A DNA stretch of 62,122 bases from Candidatus Tayloriibacteriota bacterium (GCA_943354385.1 CALRBR010000004.1:1-62122), one strand, 5' to 3'; numbered from the stretch's first letter, positions 36,265 through 45,613 are shown. Numbers and translations: made by a program. The notes: generated from the sequence alone by a model not told the origin.

Positions 36265-38727
36265 TTACACTACAATATTTACCACTCTTCCCTCCACATA
36301 TATAATCTTCTTGATCACTTGACCTTGTAACCATTTCACAACCTCAGGATTTTCTTGAGCTTCCTTTTTTACCACATCTTCAGTCGCATCTTTTGCCACC
36401 ACCACTTGTCCGCGCACCTTACCATTTATCTGCACCGCAATAGTTATCTTTTCATCGACAAGTTTTGTTGCGTCAAACGCTGGCCACGAGGCAATGTGTA
36501 TCGATTTCTTATTCCCTAAAACAGACCAGAGTTCCTCTGCCATATGTGGCACAAATGGGGCAAGAAGACGAAGTAGTATCCCCATCTGTTCTTTGCTAAC
36601 CTGCGTTTTTTCCATAGTATTGAGCAATATCATTATTGATGAAATTGCGGTGTTGAAACCAAATCCCTGAATATCCTTCCCCACTTTTTTGATGGTTTTA
36701 TTTAATAGTATTTCAAGCGCGCCAACTTCTTCTTTCTGGTCTACTGTCTCTTGTCTACTGTCTGTAAATCTACCCACCAATTTCCACACCCTTTCAACGA
36801 ATCGTCTCGAACCAATCATGTTTTGTGGGCTCCACGCAATACTCTGCTCAAACGGCCCCATAAACATTTCATAGACTCGAAACGTATCAGCGCCGTAGGT
36901 AGCTATCACATCATCAGGATTTACGACGTTACCAAAACGCTTACTCATCTTGCGACCATCCTCACCCATGATCAGTCCTTGGTTTTTGAGTTGTGTAAAC
37001 GGCTCAGTGGTAGAGACCACACGGATGTCATACAAAAATTTATGCCAAAACCGAGCGTAGATAAGGTGTCGTGTCGCATGCTCAGTACCACCCACGTAGA
37101 GATCTACTGGTGCCCATTGTTTTTCTTTTTTTGGATCCACCAAGGCTTTTTTATTTTTTGGATCCATATAGCGCAAATAGTACCAAGACGACCCCGCCCA
37201 CTGTGGCATGGTGTTGGTCTCTCTTTTTGCCTTACCCTTACACTGCGGACATTTTATATTTATCCATTTTGAAATAGTTGCGAGAGGTGACTCGCCTGTA
37301 CCCGTCGGCTCGTATGATTTTACGTCCGGCAATTTTACCGGCAATTCTTTTTCTGGTACCGCTACGACTCCACATTTTTCACAATGTACGAGCGGTATCG
37401 GCTCACCCCAATATCTCTGGCGGGAAAATACCCAATCACGGAGTTTATACTTGGTCACCATTTTGCCACCCACTGATTCAGTAATTTTATTTTTTGCTTC
37501 TTCTGAAGTAATGCCGCTAAACTCCCCCGAATTAATCAGGATGCCTGGAGAAACAATGCATTTTCCGTCTGAAAAATCCCCGACGGAATCGGGTGTGATT
37601 ACTGTTTTAATAGATACGTTGTATTTCTTAGCAAATTCCCAATCTCGCTCGTCATGTGCCGGTACCATCATGACCGCACCGGTACCGTAGTCAGCAAGGA
37701 CATAGTCTGCCACAAATATCGGTATCTTTTCTTTTGTCCCAGGGTTTATCGCCCAGACACCCTCGAGCTTTACACCCGTTTTTTCCTTACCCGCATCAGT
37801 TCGTTCAATTTCTGTCTTATTTTTTGTTACTACGATATATCGTAGTACTTCCTCTGCATTACCCAAAACCGCTCTATGATTTTCACCTGTCGCAAGGGTA
37901 ACCCAAAGATGTTCAGGAGAAAGCACGAGAGCGGTGGCTCCAAAAAGCGTGTCTGCTCGGGTAGTAAACACTGGTATCGAACCCGGCTTCCCCCCATTTT
38001 CAAACTCCACCGTAAATGGAATCTCTGACCCCTCACTCCTCCCAATCCAATTCCTCTGACTCTCTTTAATAGATTCGGGCCAATTTAAAACATCAATATC
38101 TTTGAGCAGTCGGTCTGCATAGTCGGTGATCCTCAAAACCCACTGACGAATCGGCTTCTTTACTACCACACTACCACAGCGTTCGCACTTACCGTCCTCG
38201 AGGTCTTCGTTGGCAAGACCGGTTTTACACGACGGACACCAGTTGATCGGCTCGTTTGATTCATACGCCAAACCTTTTTTAAAAAGTTGTAGGAAAATCC
38301 ACTGCGTCCAGCGATAGTATTCTGGGTCAGTAGTATCCACCTCTCGAGACCAATCATAATCAAAACCAATAATTTCGAGCTGTTCCTTGTAGCGTTTGAT
38401 ATTTTTCTGCACCGCCACACTAGGATGGATTTTATTTTTAATCGCATAGTTTTCAGCCGGAAGACCAAACGCATCAAAACCCATTGGATGAAGCACATCA
38501 AAACCCTGCATTCTTTTAAAACGCGAGTAGACATCAGTAGCAATGTAGCCTTTTGGGTGACCGACATGAAGCCCTTCTCCGGATGGATATGGGAACATAT
38601 CTAAAATGTAACATTTCTTGTTTTCTGCAGTATCATCACCTTTTGGCTCAGCAGTTTTATAGAGCTTCTTCTTTGCCCACTGTTTTTGCCACTTTTTCTC
38701 AATTTTTGTATGGTCGTATTGCTTCAT
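36265..38727 (-). CDS. leuS: leucine--tRNA ligase
   Basis: HVGHPKGY (HIGH) and KMSKRFGN (KMSKS), plus editing and zinc-binding inserts. I use the ATG at 38725-38727 (MKQYDHTKIEKKWQ); the track start 38772 runs into a repeat hairpin. Confidence 0.95.
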   Translation of the reverse strand: MKQYDHTKIEKKWQKQWAKKKLYKTAEPKGDDTAENKKCYILDMFPYPSGEGLHVGHPKGYIATDVYSRFKRMQGFDVLHPMGFDAFGLPAENYAIKNKIHPSVAVQKNIKRYKEQLEIIGFDYDWSREVDTTDPEYYRWTQWIFLQLFKKGLAYESNEPINWCPSCKTGLANEDLEDGKCERCGSVVVKKPIRQWVLRITDYADRLLKDIDVLNWPESIKESQRNWIGRSEGSEIPFTVEFENGGKPGSIPVFTTRADTLFGATALVLSPEHLWVTLATGENHRAVLGNAEEVLRYIVVTKNKTEIERTDAGKEKTGVKLEGVWAINPGTKEKIPIFVADYVLADYGTGAVMMVPAHDERDWEFAKKYNVSIKTVITPDSVGDFSDGKCIVSPGILINSGEFSGITSEEAKNKITESVGGKMVTKYKLRDWVFSRQRYWGEPIPLVHCEKCGVVAVPEKELPVKLPDVKSYEPTGTGESPLATISKWINIKCPQCKGKAKRETNTMPQWAGSSWYYLRYMDPKNKKALVDPKKEKQWAPVDLYVGGTEHATRHLIYARFWHKFLYDIRVVSTTEPFTQLKNQGLIMGEDGRKMSKRFGNVVNPDDVIATYGADTFRVYEMFMGPFEQSIAWSPQNMIGSRRFVERVWKLVGRFTDSRQETVDQKEEVGALEILLNKTIKKVGKDIQGFGFNTAISSIMILLNTMEKTQVSKEQMGILLRLLAPFVPHMAEELWSVLGNKKSIHIASWPAFDATKLVDEKITIAVQINGKVRGQVVVAKDATEDVVKKEAQENPEVVKWLQGQVIKKIIYVEGRVVNIVV

Positions 38728-38771
38728 AAAGACTAATAGTATACCAAAGAGGTGAAAGGGCCAAGGGATCA

Positions 38772-38796
38772 CCTAGCAAGGACAGTCCTTGCTAGG
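38772..38796. repeat. GCAAGGAC-N-GTCCTTGC hairpin, copy
   Basis: cctagcaaggac-a-gtccttgctagg. Related copies are at 5907-5927 and 54875-54895. Confidence 0.6.
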
Positions 38797-38809
38797 TTAA
38801 TCTTAAACT

Positions 38810-39199
38810 CTATGAAACTATAATATTCATCTTATCAAGAAATCTGTCGAGATTGATTTGATCTTTTACCTTTAAAAAAAATTTATCCAAGATAATTTGA
38901 TATTCATCCTCGTAAAGAATTTCTGTCGGTCGATCTATGACCACAATCTCAACATTTCCTTTGATGACGGATTTGTGCCATTTTAACATACCAGAATCTA
39001 AATACTTTTTCAGGCCCTTGTTAGTCCAAAATGAGATCGCGCCAGGAAAATCTAATCCTTTCCTTGGTAACCATGATCCGTCAGGTTTATTCAATCGGCG
39101 AAAATCATTGATTTCTACCCCTTTTGAGATTGCCTCATAAATTCCAACACCATTTGTAATAAATCTGTAATATTCCACAAGTCTAAATCTTAAACTCAA
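38810..39199 (-). CDS. hypothetical protein
   Basis: 129-aa track ORF with a TTG start that overlaps the ychF end. A GTG at 39176-39178 would avoid the overlap. No motif recognised. Confidence 0.4.
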   Translation of the reverse strand: MSLRFRLVEYYRFITNGVGIYEAISKGVEINDFRRLNKPDGSWLPRKGLDFPGAISFWTNKGLKKYLDSGMLKWHKSVIKGNVEIVVIDRPTEILYEDEYQIILDKFFLKVKDQINLDRFLDKMNIIVS

Positions 39200-40280
39200 T
39201 CACATCCCCATCTTTTACCACATATTCCTTACCTTCCGTTCTCACCAAACCTTTTTCTCGAGCCACGCCGTATGAGCCGGAAGCAAGGAGCTTGTCCCAC
39301 TCAATAATTTCCGCACGGACAAATTTATCCTTAAAATCTGTATGTATTGCAGTACCGGCAAGTGGCGCCGTCCAGCCTTTTCGTATTGTCCACGCCCGAG
39401 TCTCCTCTACTCCAGTCGTAAAATAGGTAATCAAATCAAGCACTTCATAACCAGCACGAATAAGGGTATCAATACCGTCGTCTTTTGCCCCGAGACCGAC
39501 TCGCATTTCTTTTTTCTCAATATCAGAGAGGTCTTTGAGCTCATGTTCAAAACCTGCATCCACTACTACCCATTTTGCATTAGTTTTTTTAAAATGCTCA
39601 ATCAATCGAGTGTACCTCGAATCATTTATTTCATCAAGATTTTTCCCCCCAGCCTTTTTGTTGAGCACATAGAGAAATGGCTTTGCGGTCAGCAGGTGCA
39701 AATGTTTAAGAAGTGGCTTTTCAAATTCATCAGGAGCAACAGAGCTCGCAAGCTTTTCACCCTCGAGGGCAGTTTTTAACTTTTCAAGCAGAGCATTTTC
39801 AATCACTGCCTCTTTTTTACCGCGCTTGATATCACTTTGGATATTTGAAAGTCTTTTGGTCACCGTTTGAAGATCGGCAAGAATGAGTTCCAAATTGATC
39901 ACCTCAATATCGTGAAGAGGATCAATTTTGCCGTCTACATGGATCACATTATCGTCCTCGAAAATACGCACCACTTCAGCGATGGCATCCGTCTCCCGAA
40001 TGTTAGTCAAAAATTGGTTACCCAGGCCTTCACCGGCCGAAGCACCTTTTACAAGCCCCGCAATATCCACAAACTCCACCGCTGCAGGTACAGTTTTCAA
40101 TGTTTTAGAAAACTCAGAAAGTTTCCATAGACGCTCATCAGGTACGGCGACCACACCCACAGATGGGTCAATGGTACAAAATGGGTAGTTTTCAGCTGGC
40201 ACACTCTTTTTGGTGAGTGCGTTAAAGAGTGTTGATTTACCGACATTTGGGAGACCCACGATTCCGATAGATAGTGACAT
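39183..40280 (-). CDS. ychF: ribosome-binding ATPase YchF (OLA1 family)
   Basis: P-loop [18 protein letters not shown] and a C-terminal TGS-like ...[12 protein letters not shown]. Confidence 0.93.
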   Translation of the reverse strand: MSLSIGIVGLPNVGKSTLFNALTKKSVPAENYPFCTIDPSVGVVAVPDERLWKLSEFSKTLKTVPAAVEFVDIAGLVKGASAGEGLGNQFLTNIRETDAIAEVVRIFEDDNVIHVDGKIDPLHDIEVINLELILADLQTVTKRLSNIQSDIKRGKKEAVIENALLEKLKTALEGEKLASSVAPDEFEKPLLKHLHLLTAKPFLYVLNKKAGGKNLDEINDSRYTRLIEHFKKTNAKWVVVDAGFEHELKDLSDIEKKEMRVGLGAKDDGIDTLIRAGYEVLDLITYFTTGVEETRAWTIRKGWTAPLAGTAIHTDFKDKFVRAEIIEWDKLLASGSYGVAREKGLVRTEGKEYVVKDGDVIEFKI

Positions 40281-40513
40281 AGAAAAATACTATAGCATGA
40301 TTGGGTAGATTCAAGAAGTACGATTCATGATTCACGAGTAATTTAATTATACGCGAAGTGACGATAGTCAGACTATCGTCACCTATAAAAAAATAAGAGC
40401 GCTATCATAAACCCAGATAATTTATAGAACTTTGAAATACAAAATGCAACGGCTCAGTGCTTACCACTGAGCCGTTGCGGCGAATTGGACATAGAAGGTT
40501 TCTTCGCTCTATC

Positions 40514-40604
40514 GGCCTTCACCGAAGAGAATACCTCGGTGTCCTCGATTTATATAGTCGCTTCGCTCCTTATAAATCGGGTATATAAAATCGGGATATA
40601 AATC
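40514..40604. repeat. R1 double-hairpin repeat, ending in the stop codon of the flavodoxin-like gene
   Basis: ggccttcaccgaagagaatacctcggtg-tcctcgatttatatagtcgcttcgctccttataaatcgg, followed by partial re-iterations (tataaaatcgg, atataaatca). The stop TCA (reverse complement TGA) is at 40603-40605. Confidence 0.7.
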
Positions 40605-41220
40605 AGACAGCTTTCTTCCCCATCTCATATACCACTCTACCCCACGATTCCTTTTTTTCTTGGGAAAGATTCTTGAGTGGACCAATCTTCTGCACTGCCA
40701 CCGGTGCAATACCACCAAAACCAAGAATAGCGCCTTTCAATATCTTGGACGTATCACCGTACAAACATCGCAAAATGAATGGGTGTGTATTAGACGTAAT
40801 AAAAATCCGCCCCGTGCGACCAGTTAGTTTTTTTATCCATGTAAACTTAGCTTTCAAGCGCATTGCAAACCCCATATCAGGTGTCGTTTTAATAAATTTA
40901 TATGCAAAACCAGGAAGCCACATTCGATCAAAAAGACCTTTCAAAATCGCTGGCATCGATGACCACCAAGTCGGGTAGAAAATTACAATATGCTCTGCCC
41001 ACTTGACATCCTCCTGTACTTTTACAAGATCCGGCTCAAGTGCTTGAATCTTAAGATAACCATCATGCAGGATTGGGTCAAATTGAAGATCGGAAATATT
41101 AGTCCGTCTTACTTCGTGTCCCGCTTCTCGTGCACCTTTTTCGTATTGATCAGCCAAATAGGCGTTGTAAGAATTGACCTTGTCTGGATGACCGAGTAAT
41201 ACAAATATCTTTTTTGACAT
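40603..41220 (-). CDS. NAD(P)H dehydrogenase (quinone)/flavodoxin-like fold protein (Flavodoxin_2 family)
   Basis: MSKKIFVLLGHPDKVNSYNAYLADQYEKGAREAGHEV...FYPTWWSSMPAILKGLFDR. Confidence 0.75.
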   Translation of the reverse strand: MSKKIFVLLGHPDKVNSYNAYLADQYEKGAREAGHEVRRTNISDLQFDPILHDGYLKIQALEPDLVKVQEDVKWAEHIVIFYPTWWSSMPAILKGLFDRMWLPGFAYKFIKTTPDMGFAMRLKAKFTWIKKLTGRTGRIFITSNTHPFILRCLYGDTSKILKGAILGFGGIAPVAVQKIGPLKNLSQEKKESWGRVVYEMGKKAV

Positions 41221-41283
41221 ACAGTATCTTTATAAATTAATGATAGTGTTATTCTAGCGCACAACAGTTCACGTGTCGAACCA

Positions 41284-41505
41284 CTATTTTCCCATCATAC
41301 CCTTCAATTCATCTTGGTGTTCTTTCATTACTGCCATCATTGCAGAAGTCTGATCCATACCGCCTTTGGTTTTTTCTTGTACCTCTATGGCGATTTTTTG
41401 AAAAAAATCTGGGTTCTTTTCAATCATCGCGAAAATTTGTTCCCGCTGTTCTTTTGGCACATCCTTCATTTTTGACTCGAGTATTTTTCGCATTATGAAG
41501 TTCAT
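41284..41505 (-). CDS. small hypothetical protein, Met/Lys-rich C-terminus
   Basis: MNFIMRKILESKMKDVPKEQREQIFAMIEKNPDFF...ELKGMMGK. The track start 41586 overlaps the rnpB promoter, so I prefer the shorter start (41505 or 41493). Confidence 0.45.
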   Translation of the reverse strand: MNFIMRKILESKMKDVPKEQREQIFAMIEKNPDFFQKIAIEVQEKTKGGMDQTSAMMAVMKEHQDELKGMMGK

Positions 41506-41568
41506 GTATTGTAAAAAAAATAAATTAGGTAGGCTATTACTGTAGCAAAATGAGCCGTATCCACAACA

Positions 41569-41598
41569 TTGACAAGATACTATCATTTATTATATAAT
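41569..41598 (+). promoter_or_regulatory. rnpB promoter
   Basis: TTGACA (41569-41574), 18 nt spacer, TATAAT (41593-41598). Confidence 0.6.
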
Positions 41599-41604
41599 AG
41601 ATAT

Positions 41605-41960
41605 GCCTTTGTGTTGGATGGTCGCTCTTTTTACTTAGGTAGAAAGGGAGGAAAGTCCGAACACTTATTCGATGAAAGTCGAAACAGGTAGTGGGTAATC
41701 CCCATCTGGAGTAATCCACGAGGTGCGAGCAGAGACGCCGTGATCCGAAAGGGTCTGGCATCCCGGGGCAACCCAGGATGAGCTCGTCTGGTAACAGACG
41801 AGGTGAAACGGCTAAACCCTTACCCGAGTGCAAGGCCGTGTCCTCTGTGTTTACATAGAGGAAGAGCCGCTAGAGCTTTGTGGCAACACATCGCCCAGAA
41901 TAATGACTATCCATGTGGCGCAAGTCGCAGGACAGAATTCGGCTTATAGGCACAAAGTGT
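41605..41960 (+). ncRNA. rnpB: RNase P RNA, bacterial type A
   Basis: Universal CR-I GGGAGGAAAGTCCGAACAC (about 41647-41665) and CR-V ACAGAATTCGGCTTATAG (about 41932-41949). Also GGTAACAGACGAGGTGAAACGGCTAAACCC and GAGTGCAAGGCC. P1 pairs ctttgtg (41607-41613) with cacaaag (41951-41957). Confidence 0.92.
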
Positions 41961-41963
41961 ATG

Positions 41964-41996
41964 AAAATACCCGCGTAATGGCGGGTATTTTCTTTT
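41964..41996 (+). terminator. intrinsic terminator of rnpB
   Basis: aaaatacccgc-gtaatg-gcgggtatttt followed by cttttg. Confidence 0.75.
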
Positions 41997-42045
41997 GTCG
42001 TTAGAAAACAGATTTTGTCAAAAAACTAAACGGCTAAACACTAAT

Positions 42046-42138
42046 GTTTAGCCGTTTAGCGTGGCTCTATGGAGCCATATGTTTAAAAAATAGACCTCGA
42101 CGAGTTTAAGCCATGGTTTGGCTGAAAGGCTCAACGAG
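42046..42138. repeat. R2 repeat (93 nt), copy A
   Basis: gtttagccgtttagcgtggctctatggagccatat...cgagtttaagccatggtttggctgaaaggctcaacgag. About 80 percent identical by eye to 49204-49296. Confidence 0.7.
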
Positions 42139-42179
42139 AATCACCCGAAAATCTGCTGATTTTCGGGTGATTCTCGTTG
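42132..42179. repeat. CTACTG-family hairpin, copy 3 (21-bp perfect stem, loop CTGCTG)
   Basis: caacgagaatcacccgaaaat-CTGCTG-attttcgggtgattctcgttg. Confidence 0.7.
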
Positions 42180-42216
42180 AATACGATCCATAAGGATGCT
42201 TTGCTTCTTTGGCTTT

Positions 42217-42337
42217 GACCGAAGAGAGTACTTCGGTCCGCTCGATTTATATAGTCGCTTCGCTCTTTATAGTCCCGACCGAAGAGAGTACTTCGGTCCG
42301 CTCGATTTATATAGTCGCTTCGCTCTTTATAAATCGG
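42217..42337. repeat. R1 double-hairpin repeat, two tandem 60-bp units ending 3 nt from the nrdJ stop
   Basis: The units 42217-42276 and 42277-42336 are nearly identical: gaccgaagagagtacttcggtc-cgctcgatttatatagtcgcttcgctctttata. Confidence 0.85.
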
Positions 42338-42340
42338 CGC

Positions 42341-44641
42341 CTACTTCGTCGCATGCACCGGCTCGATCTCACACACACCGCCCACACAGGCGAGCTCTTT
42401 TTTCACTTCTGTCTCATCACTAAGCTCATAAGTCACAATCTTTGAGAAATCAATGTTTTCAAATCGTGTAATGAGCTCTTCGAACTGATCTTTGTTGATA
42501 GCCTCGTACGGAGCAAGCTGGTACACGTGATTGTCCCGAGGAAGGAACGATAGACCTCCAATAATATCCCAGTTCTTGTACAGCCAGTTTGCAGTTTCAA
42601 TCCATTCATTTTCTCCGATTGAAATTGTTACTGATGGATTGTGCTCAGTGTAATTTTCTTTTACAAGTTTCCAATACTCGAGTTGCTCAATAGCACTCTG
42701 ATCATTTTTAAAGATTGAACCATTTGGAGCCTTGACTGGAAATTCTAGTACATATGTCGTCGCATTTTCCATCGTCTGTCCTACTTCTGGATGATATGGT
42801 ACACCCTGATCCTTGAGCATCTTGAAAAGTGCGTCTGTAGAAGCAATACGTGCTCGGCGAATGTAGTATGGCGCATGTCGAGGATGCATACCAGATGAAC
42901 AATCTACTGTCTGAGAAAGATTACCCGATGGTTTTACACAAGTAATGCAAGTAGAGGCATTGACACCAAAACGCTTTGCATAAACTTTGTTGAGCTTAAT
43001 AGTTTCAAGCCTAAGTTTCTTCAAAACCTCTGGCTTTCGTACTGCAGGACAATCCCACTGACCAGTGATAGATACGCCGAGGAGTCGTTCTGCCTCACAG
43101 TGTTCTTTCCATTCTTTTGAAAGATACGGGAACTTGGTAAGGGTAGACTGATAGGTACCTAGGATAGTTGCCACTTTCATTTTGCGAATCAAATCTGCTT
43201 CGGTGTCGGTCGAGCGAGCCACTATTTCTGAAAGATTACAAAACTGCTTTGACTGTAGAATGATCTCTCCGCATGGATTAGTACCAAGGCCACTAATATT
43301 GCCCTTGAGTGCTTCAATGCGACGAGCCGGAAGGCTCTTTAAAAGACCACCTCGGTTAAAGATTCCTCGTTCACCAGAGCCAGACTTCATGAGTGCTACC
43401 CACTCTTCCATAAATTCAGCGGCGCTAGGTTTTTGGAGATAAACGGCAGAGTTATTTGCCAGACTTCGCTGAGGGTCGGTGAGATAAAATTGCCCTTTCT
43501 TTGCATCTCGAATAGCTTCATCGTCAAGATCTGATAGAGAGATCATGGCGCTTCGTCGTACTCCCCCCGCTACCACTATCTCACCTATTTTACAGATAAT
43601 ATCGTGTGCATCAATATTCAAGAGTCGTCGCCCCTGTCGCTTGAGCATCTTTTCTCGAGTAAAGTTTAGAAGCTGTCTTAGTGGGTCAGGTCCAGAGCTC
43701 TTTCCACCCATAGTCTTTAAACGAGCACCTGCCGGACGAAGCTGTGAATAGTCAAACTCAACATCTATCCCGTCTGCCCAAGCATTTAGTCCAAAAATAA
43801 ATGCATCACACCATCCTTCCTTACTGTCATGAATGACATGTACAGGGAGCTTTTTTCCTGTCTGCATTTTTATTTGTGGCAATGACTGAACATTTTGACT
43901 TTCTGCTGCCCAACCCACACCAGTGCCACACATTGAGATGTACATTATCTCTCCAAAATCTCGCCAGTTTGAAGGTGCAATAAACGAGCAGTTGTACGCG
44001 CACACATTTGTCGCTCGCGCAGCAGGACCTGCAAACTGAAGCAGTCGCATCGATGGCATCGCCTCTTGTTTCAAAATAGTTTCTCTAACTTCTTTGTACT
44101 CAGCTTCTTTAAGTTTGTTGCCGAGGTTCTCTTTCATGAATACCATGTATCGATCTACTGTTTCGATCCAGGTTTCTCGACGGCCCTCCCCTTCTATCCA
44201 TTTTGAATAGGTACGGAAATAGACAAACTCTCCGAGTGGATTGCGAAAATACTTTTTACTTTCTGCAGTTAGGTTGCGAACTTTCTCTGGCACCTCTACA
44301 CCCTGAGAACGAAGCTTGGTACGCTCAGCTCGGTAGAGAATATAGTGCTTTGCTGTCTGAATATAATCAGAGAGAATGAGTTCCTTTTCAACAATATCCT
44401 GAGTCCCTTCGACTGTCGGCACAAAGTTTTTAAACTTTTTGCTGATCTTCACAAGCTCACCGAGCACTTTGTTGGCCACGAGCTCTGCCTCCTCGAGACT
44501 TCCCTCTCCAGTACTCACCATGCCTTTGTTGATAGCGTTTACAATTTTCTCTAAGTCAAAAGAAACAACAGCACCACTTCTTTTCTGCATAAACTTCACG
44601 ATATTACTGATTTTTGTCTCGATTTTGTTGTTCTTGACCAT
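42341..44641 (-). CDS. nrdJ: adenosylcobalamin-dependent (class II) ribonucleotide reductase with an N-terminal ATP-cone
   Basis: 766 aa. The active-site region is TNPCGEIILQSKQFCNLSEI. The N-terminal VKFMQKRSGAVVSFDLEKIVNAINKG is ATP-cone-like. Confidence 0.88.
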   Translation of the reverse strand: MVKNNKIETKISNIVKFMQKRSGAVVSFDLEKIVNAINKGMVSTGEGSLEEAELVANKVLGELVKISKKFKNFVPTVEGTQDIVEKELILSDYIQTAKHYILYRAERTKLRSQGVEVPEKVRNLTAESKKYFRNPLGEFVYFRTYSKWIEGEGRRETWIETVDRYMVFMKENLGNKLKEAEYKEVRETILKQEAMPSMRLLQFAGPAARATNVCAYNCSFIAPSNWRDFGEIMYISMCGTGVGWAAESQNVQSLPQIKMQTGKKLPVHVIHDSKEGWCDAFIFGLNAWADGIDVEFDYSQLRPAGARLKTMGGKSSGPDPLRQLLNFTREKMLKRQGRRLLNIDAHDIICKIGEIVVAGGVRRSAMISLSDLDDEAIRDAKKGQFYLTDPQRSLANNSAVYLQKPSAAEFMEEWVALMKSGSGERGIFNRGGLLKSLPARRIEALKGNISGLGTNPCGEIILQSKQFCNLSEIVARSTDTEADLIRKMKVATILGTYQSTLTKFPYLSKEWKEHCEAERLLGVSITGQWDCPAVRKPEVLKKLRLETIKLNKVYAKRFGVNASTCITCVKPSGNLSQTVDCSSGMHPRHAPYYIRRARIASTDALFKMLKDQGVPYHPEVGQTMENATTYVLEFPVKAPNGSIFKNDQSAIEQLEYWKLVKENYTEHNPSVTISIGENEWIETANWLYKNWDIIGGLSFLPRDNHVYQLAPYEAINKDQFEELITRFENIDFSKIVTYELSDETEVKKELACVGGVCEIEPVHATK

Positions 44642-44914
44642 GTTTTTCTGTAAATCTAATAAAATTATTAAAAAAATCTAAATGTCACTACATTCTACAC
44701 CCAATTAAAAGCTATGGGAAGAAAAAAGTGGATAAATACCTCATTTCAGATTAAAAAGAAGAGCTTGTAAACTAGGTCAGGAAAAAAGCCTCAAAATAGG
44801 CGCTCGATTGGAAGTATTTTTTTAAATAATATGCACCTTCAAATCATTTTATGTGGTTGCAATATATTTCTGACAGGAGTATGCTGAACTTCGGATGTGG
44901 TTGGTAAACCTTAA

Positions 44915-45373
44915 CCCGGAGAAGCTACGAAAACCAAAGCAAATCAACGCTGGAAACGGCAAAGAAAAAACGGACCCCACGATGAGACAAGTCATCATCG
45001 CAAACCAAGGAGCCAGGGTGGTGGAGACGATGAGGGAAACAAATCAAAAGTCCTTCGTCAAGAGCACGAAGCCTGGCACCTGCTCTTCGATAACCTTCCT
45101 GCCCCACAGATGTTCGAGCTGTTCAAAGAATTTTACGGCATCTTTGGTTGGGACAGTGGCAATTCAGGAGCATGCCGGCGACGCGCAACTGAGTGGATCA
45201 AAAGTAAGAAATCGAGGATCAAAAAACAAGCTGCGTGGCACGATCTGTTTGGGATGATGAAGCTTGAACAAATCGTTACCACTATCAACAAGTTTTGGAT
45301 TGATCCAGCCTACGAGATTGTGCTCAGCATCGAACGGGTAAAAAAAGTAAAGATCGTCGCAAAAAGAAGGTGA
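44915..45373 (+). pseudogene. compositionally atypical open frame, possibly frameshifted (overlapping track ORFs 44895..45257 and 45110..45373)
   Basis: The frame of 45110..45373 stays open back to 44915 with no start codon (...EAWHLLFDNLPAPQMFELFKEFYGIFGWDSG...). An ATG ORF from 44895 is in a different frame. The region looks GC-richer than its flanks by eye. Confidence 0.3.
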
Positions 45374-45507
45374 CGATAACATGAGGGCACTAGGTGCTCT
45401 TTTTTTATTTAAAAATTTAATATATGGCGGAGGCAAAATCATAGTCATGATTACATTCCTTGTTTTGCACTGCGCAAATTATAGTCGCGAATACGCTCGT
45501 GAATTTG

Positions 45508-45594
45508 CGGAGGATGAGGGATTTGAACCCTCGATGGAGTTTCCCCCATACCACCTTTCCAAGGTGGCGCACTAGACCGCTATGCGAACCCTCC
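45508..45594 (-). tRNA. tRNA-Ser (anticodon GGA)
   Basis: Reverse complement is GGAGGGT TC GCATAGCGGTCTAGTGCG CCACC-TTGGAAA-GGTGG TATGGGGGAAACTCCAT CGAGGGTTCAAATCCCTCA TCCTCC G. It has a 7-bp acceptor stem, a long variable arm and a T-loop TTCAAAT. CCA is not encoded. Confidence 0.9.
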
Positions 45595-45613
45595 CTTCTA
45601 TTTTCTTTTAACC

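Noticed and set aside
40603-40605. Alternative genetic code (UGA recoding, as in some CPR lineages)
   Set aside because: Conserved genes terminate at TGA, TAA and TAG at the expected lengths, and no in-frame TGA interrupts recognisable proteins. The standard code fits.
41537-41833. 98-aa ORF on the minus strand
   Set aside because: It lies antisense within the RNase P RNA, and its translation is low-complexity and Arg/Pro-rich.
42217-42337. Possible CRISPR array, because of two identical 60-bp units
   Set aside because: There are only two units, they directly abut with no spacer, and the same unit occurs singly elsewhere. It is a tandem duplication of an interspersed repeat, not a CRISPR.
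42196-42445. 75-aa and 78-aa plus-strand ORFs
   Set aside because: They are generated by reading through the tandem R1 repeats (an internally repeated peptide) and overlap the nrdJ 3' end.
44642-44900. NrdR box or B12 riboswitch upstream of nrdJ
   Set aside because: Only a one-sided resemblance (TGCAATATATTTC) to the NrdR palindrome is present. No second half-site, tandem box, nrdR gene or B12-box sequence is recognisable.
45164-45448. 94-aa minus-strand ORF next to tRNA-Ser
   Set aside because: It lies antisense to the more protein-like plus-strand frame. Its composition is Pro/Phe/Leu-biased and no motif is visible.
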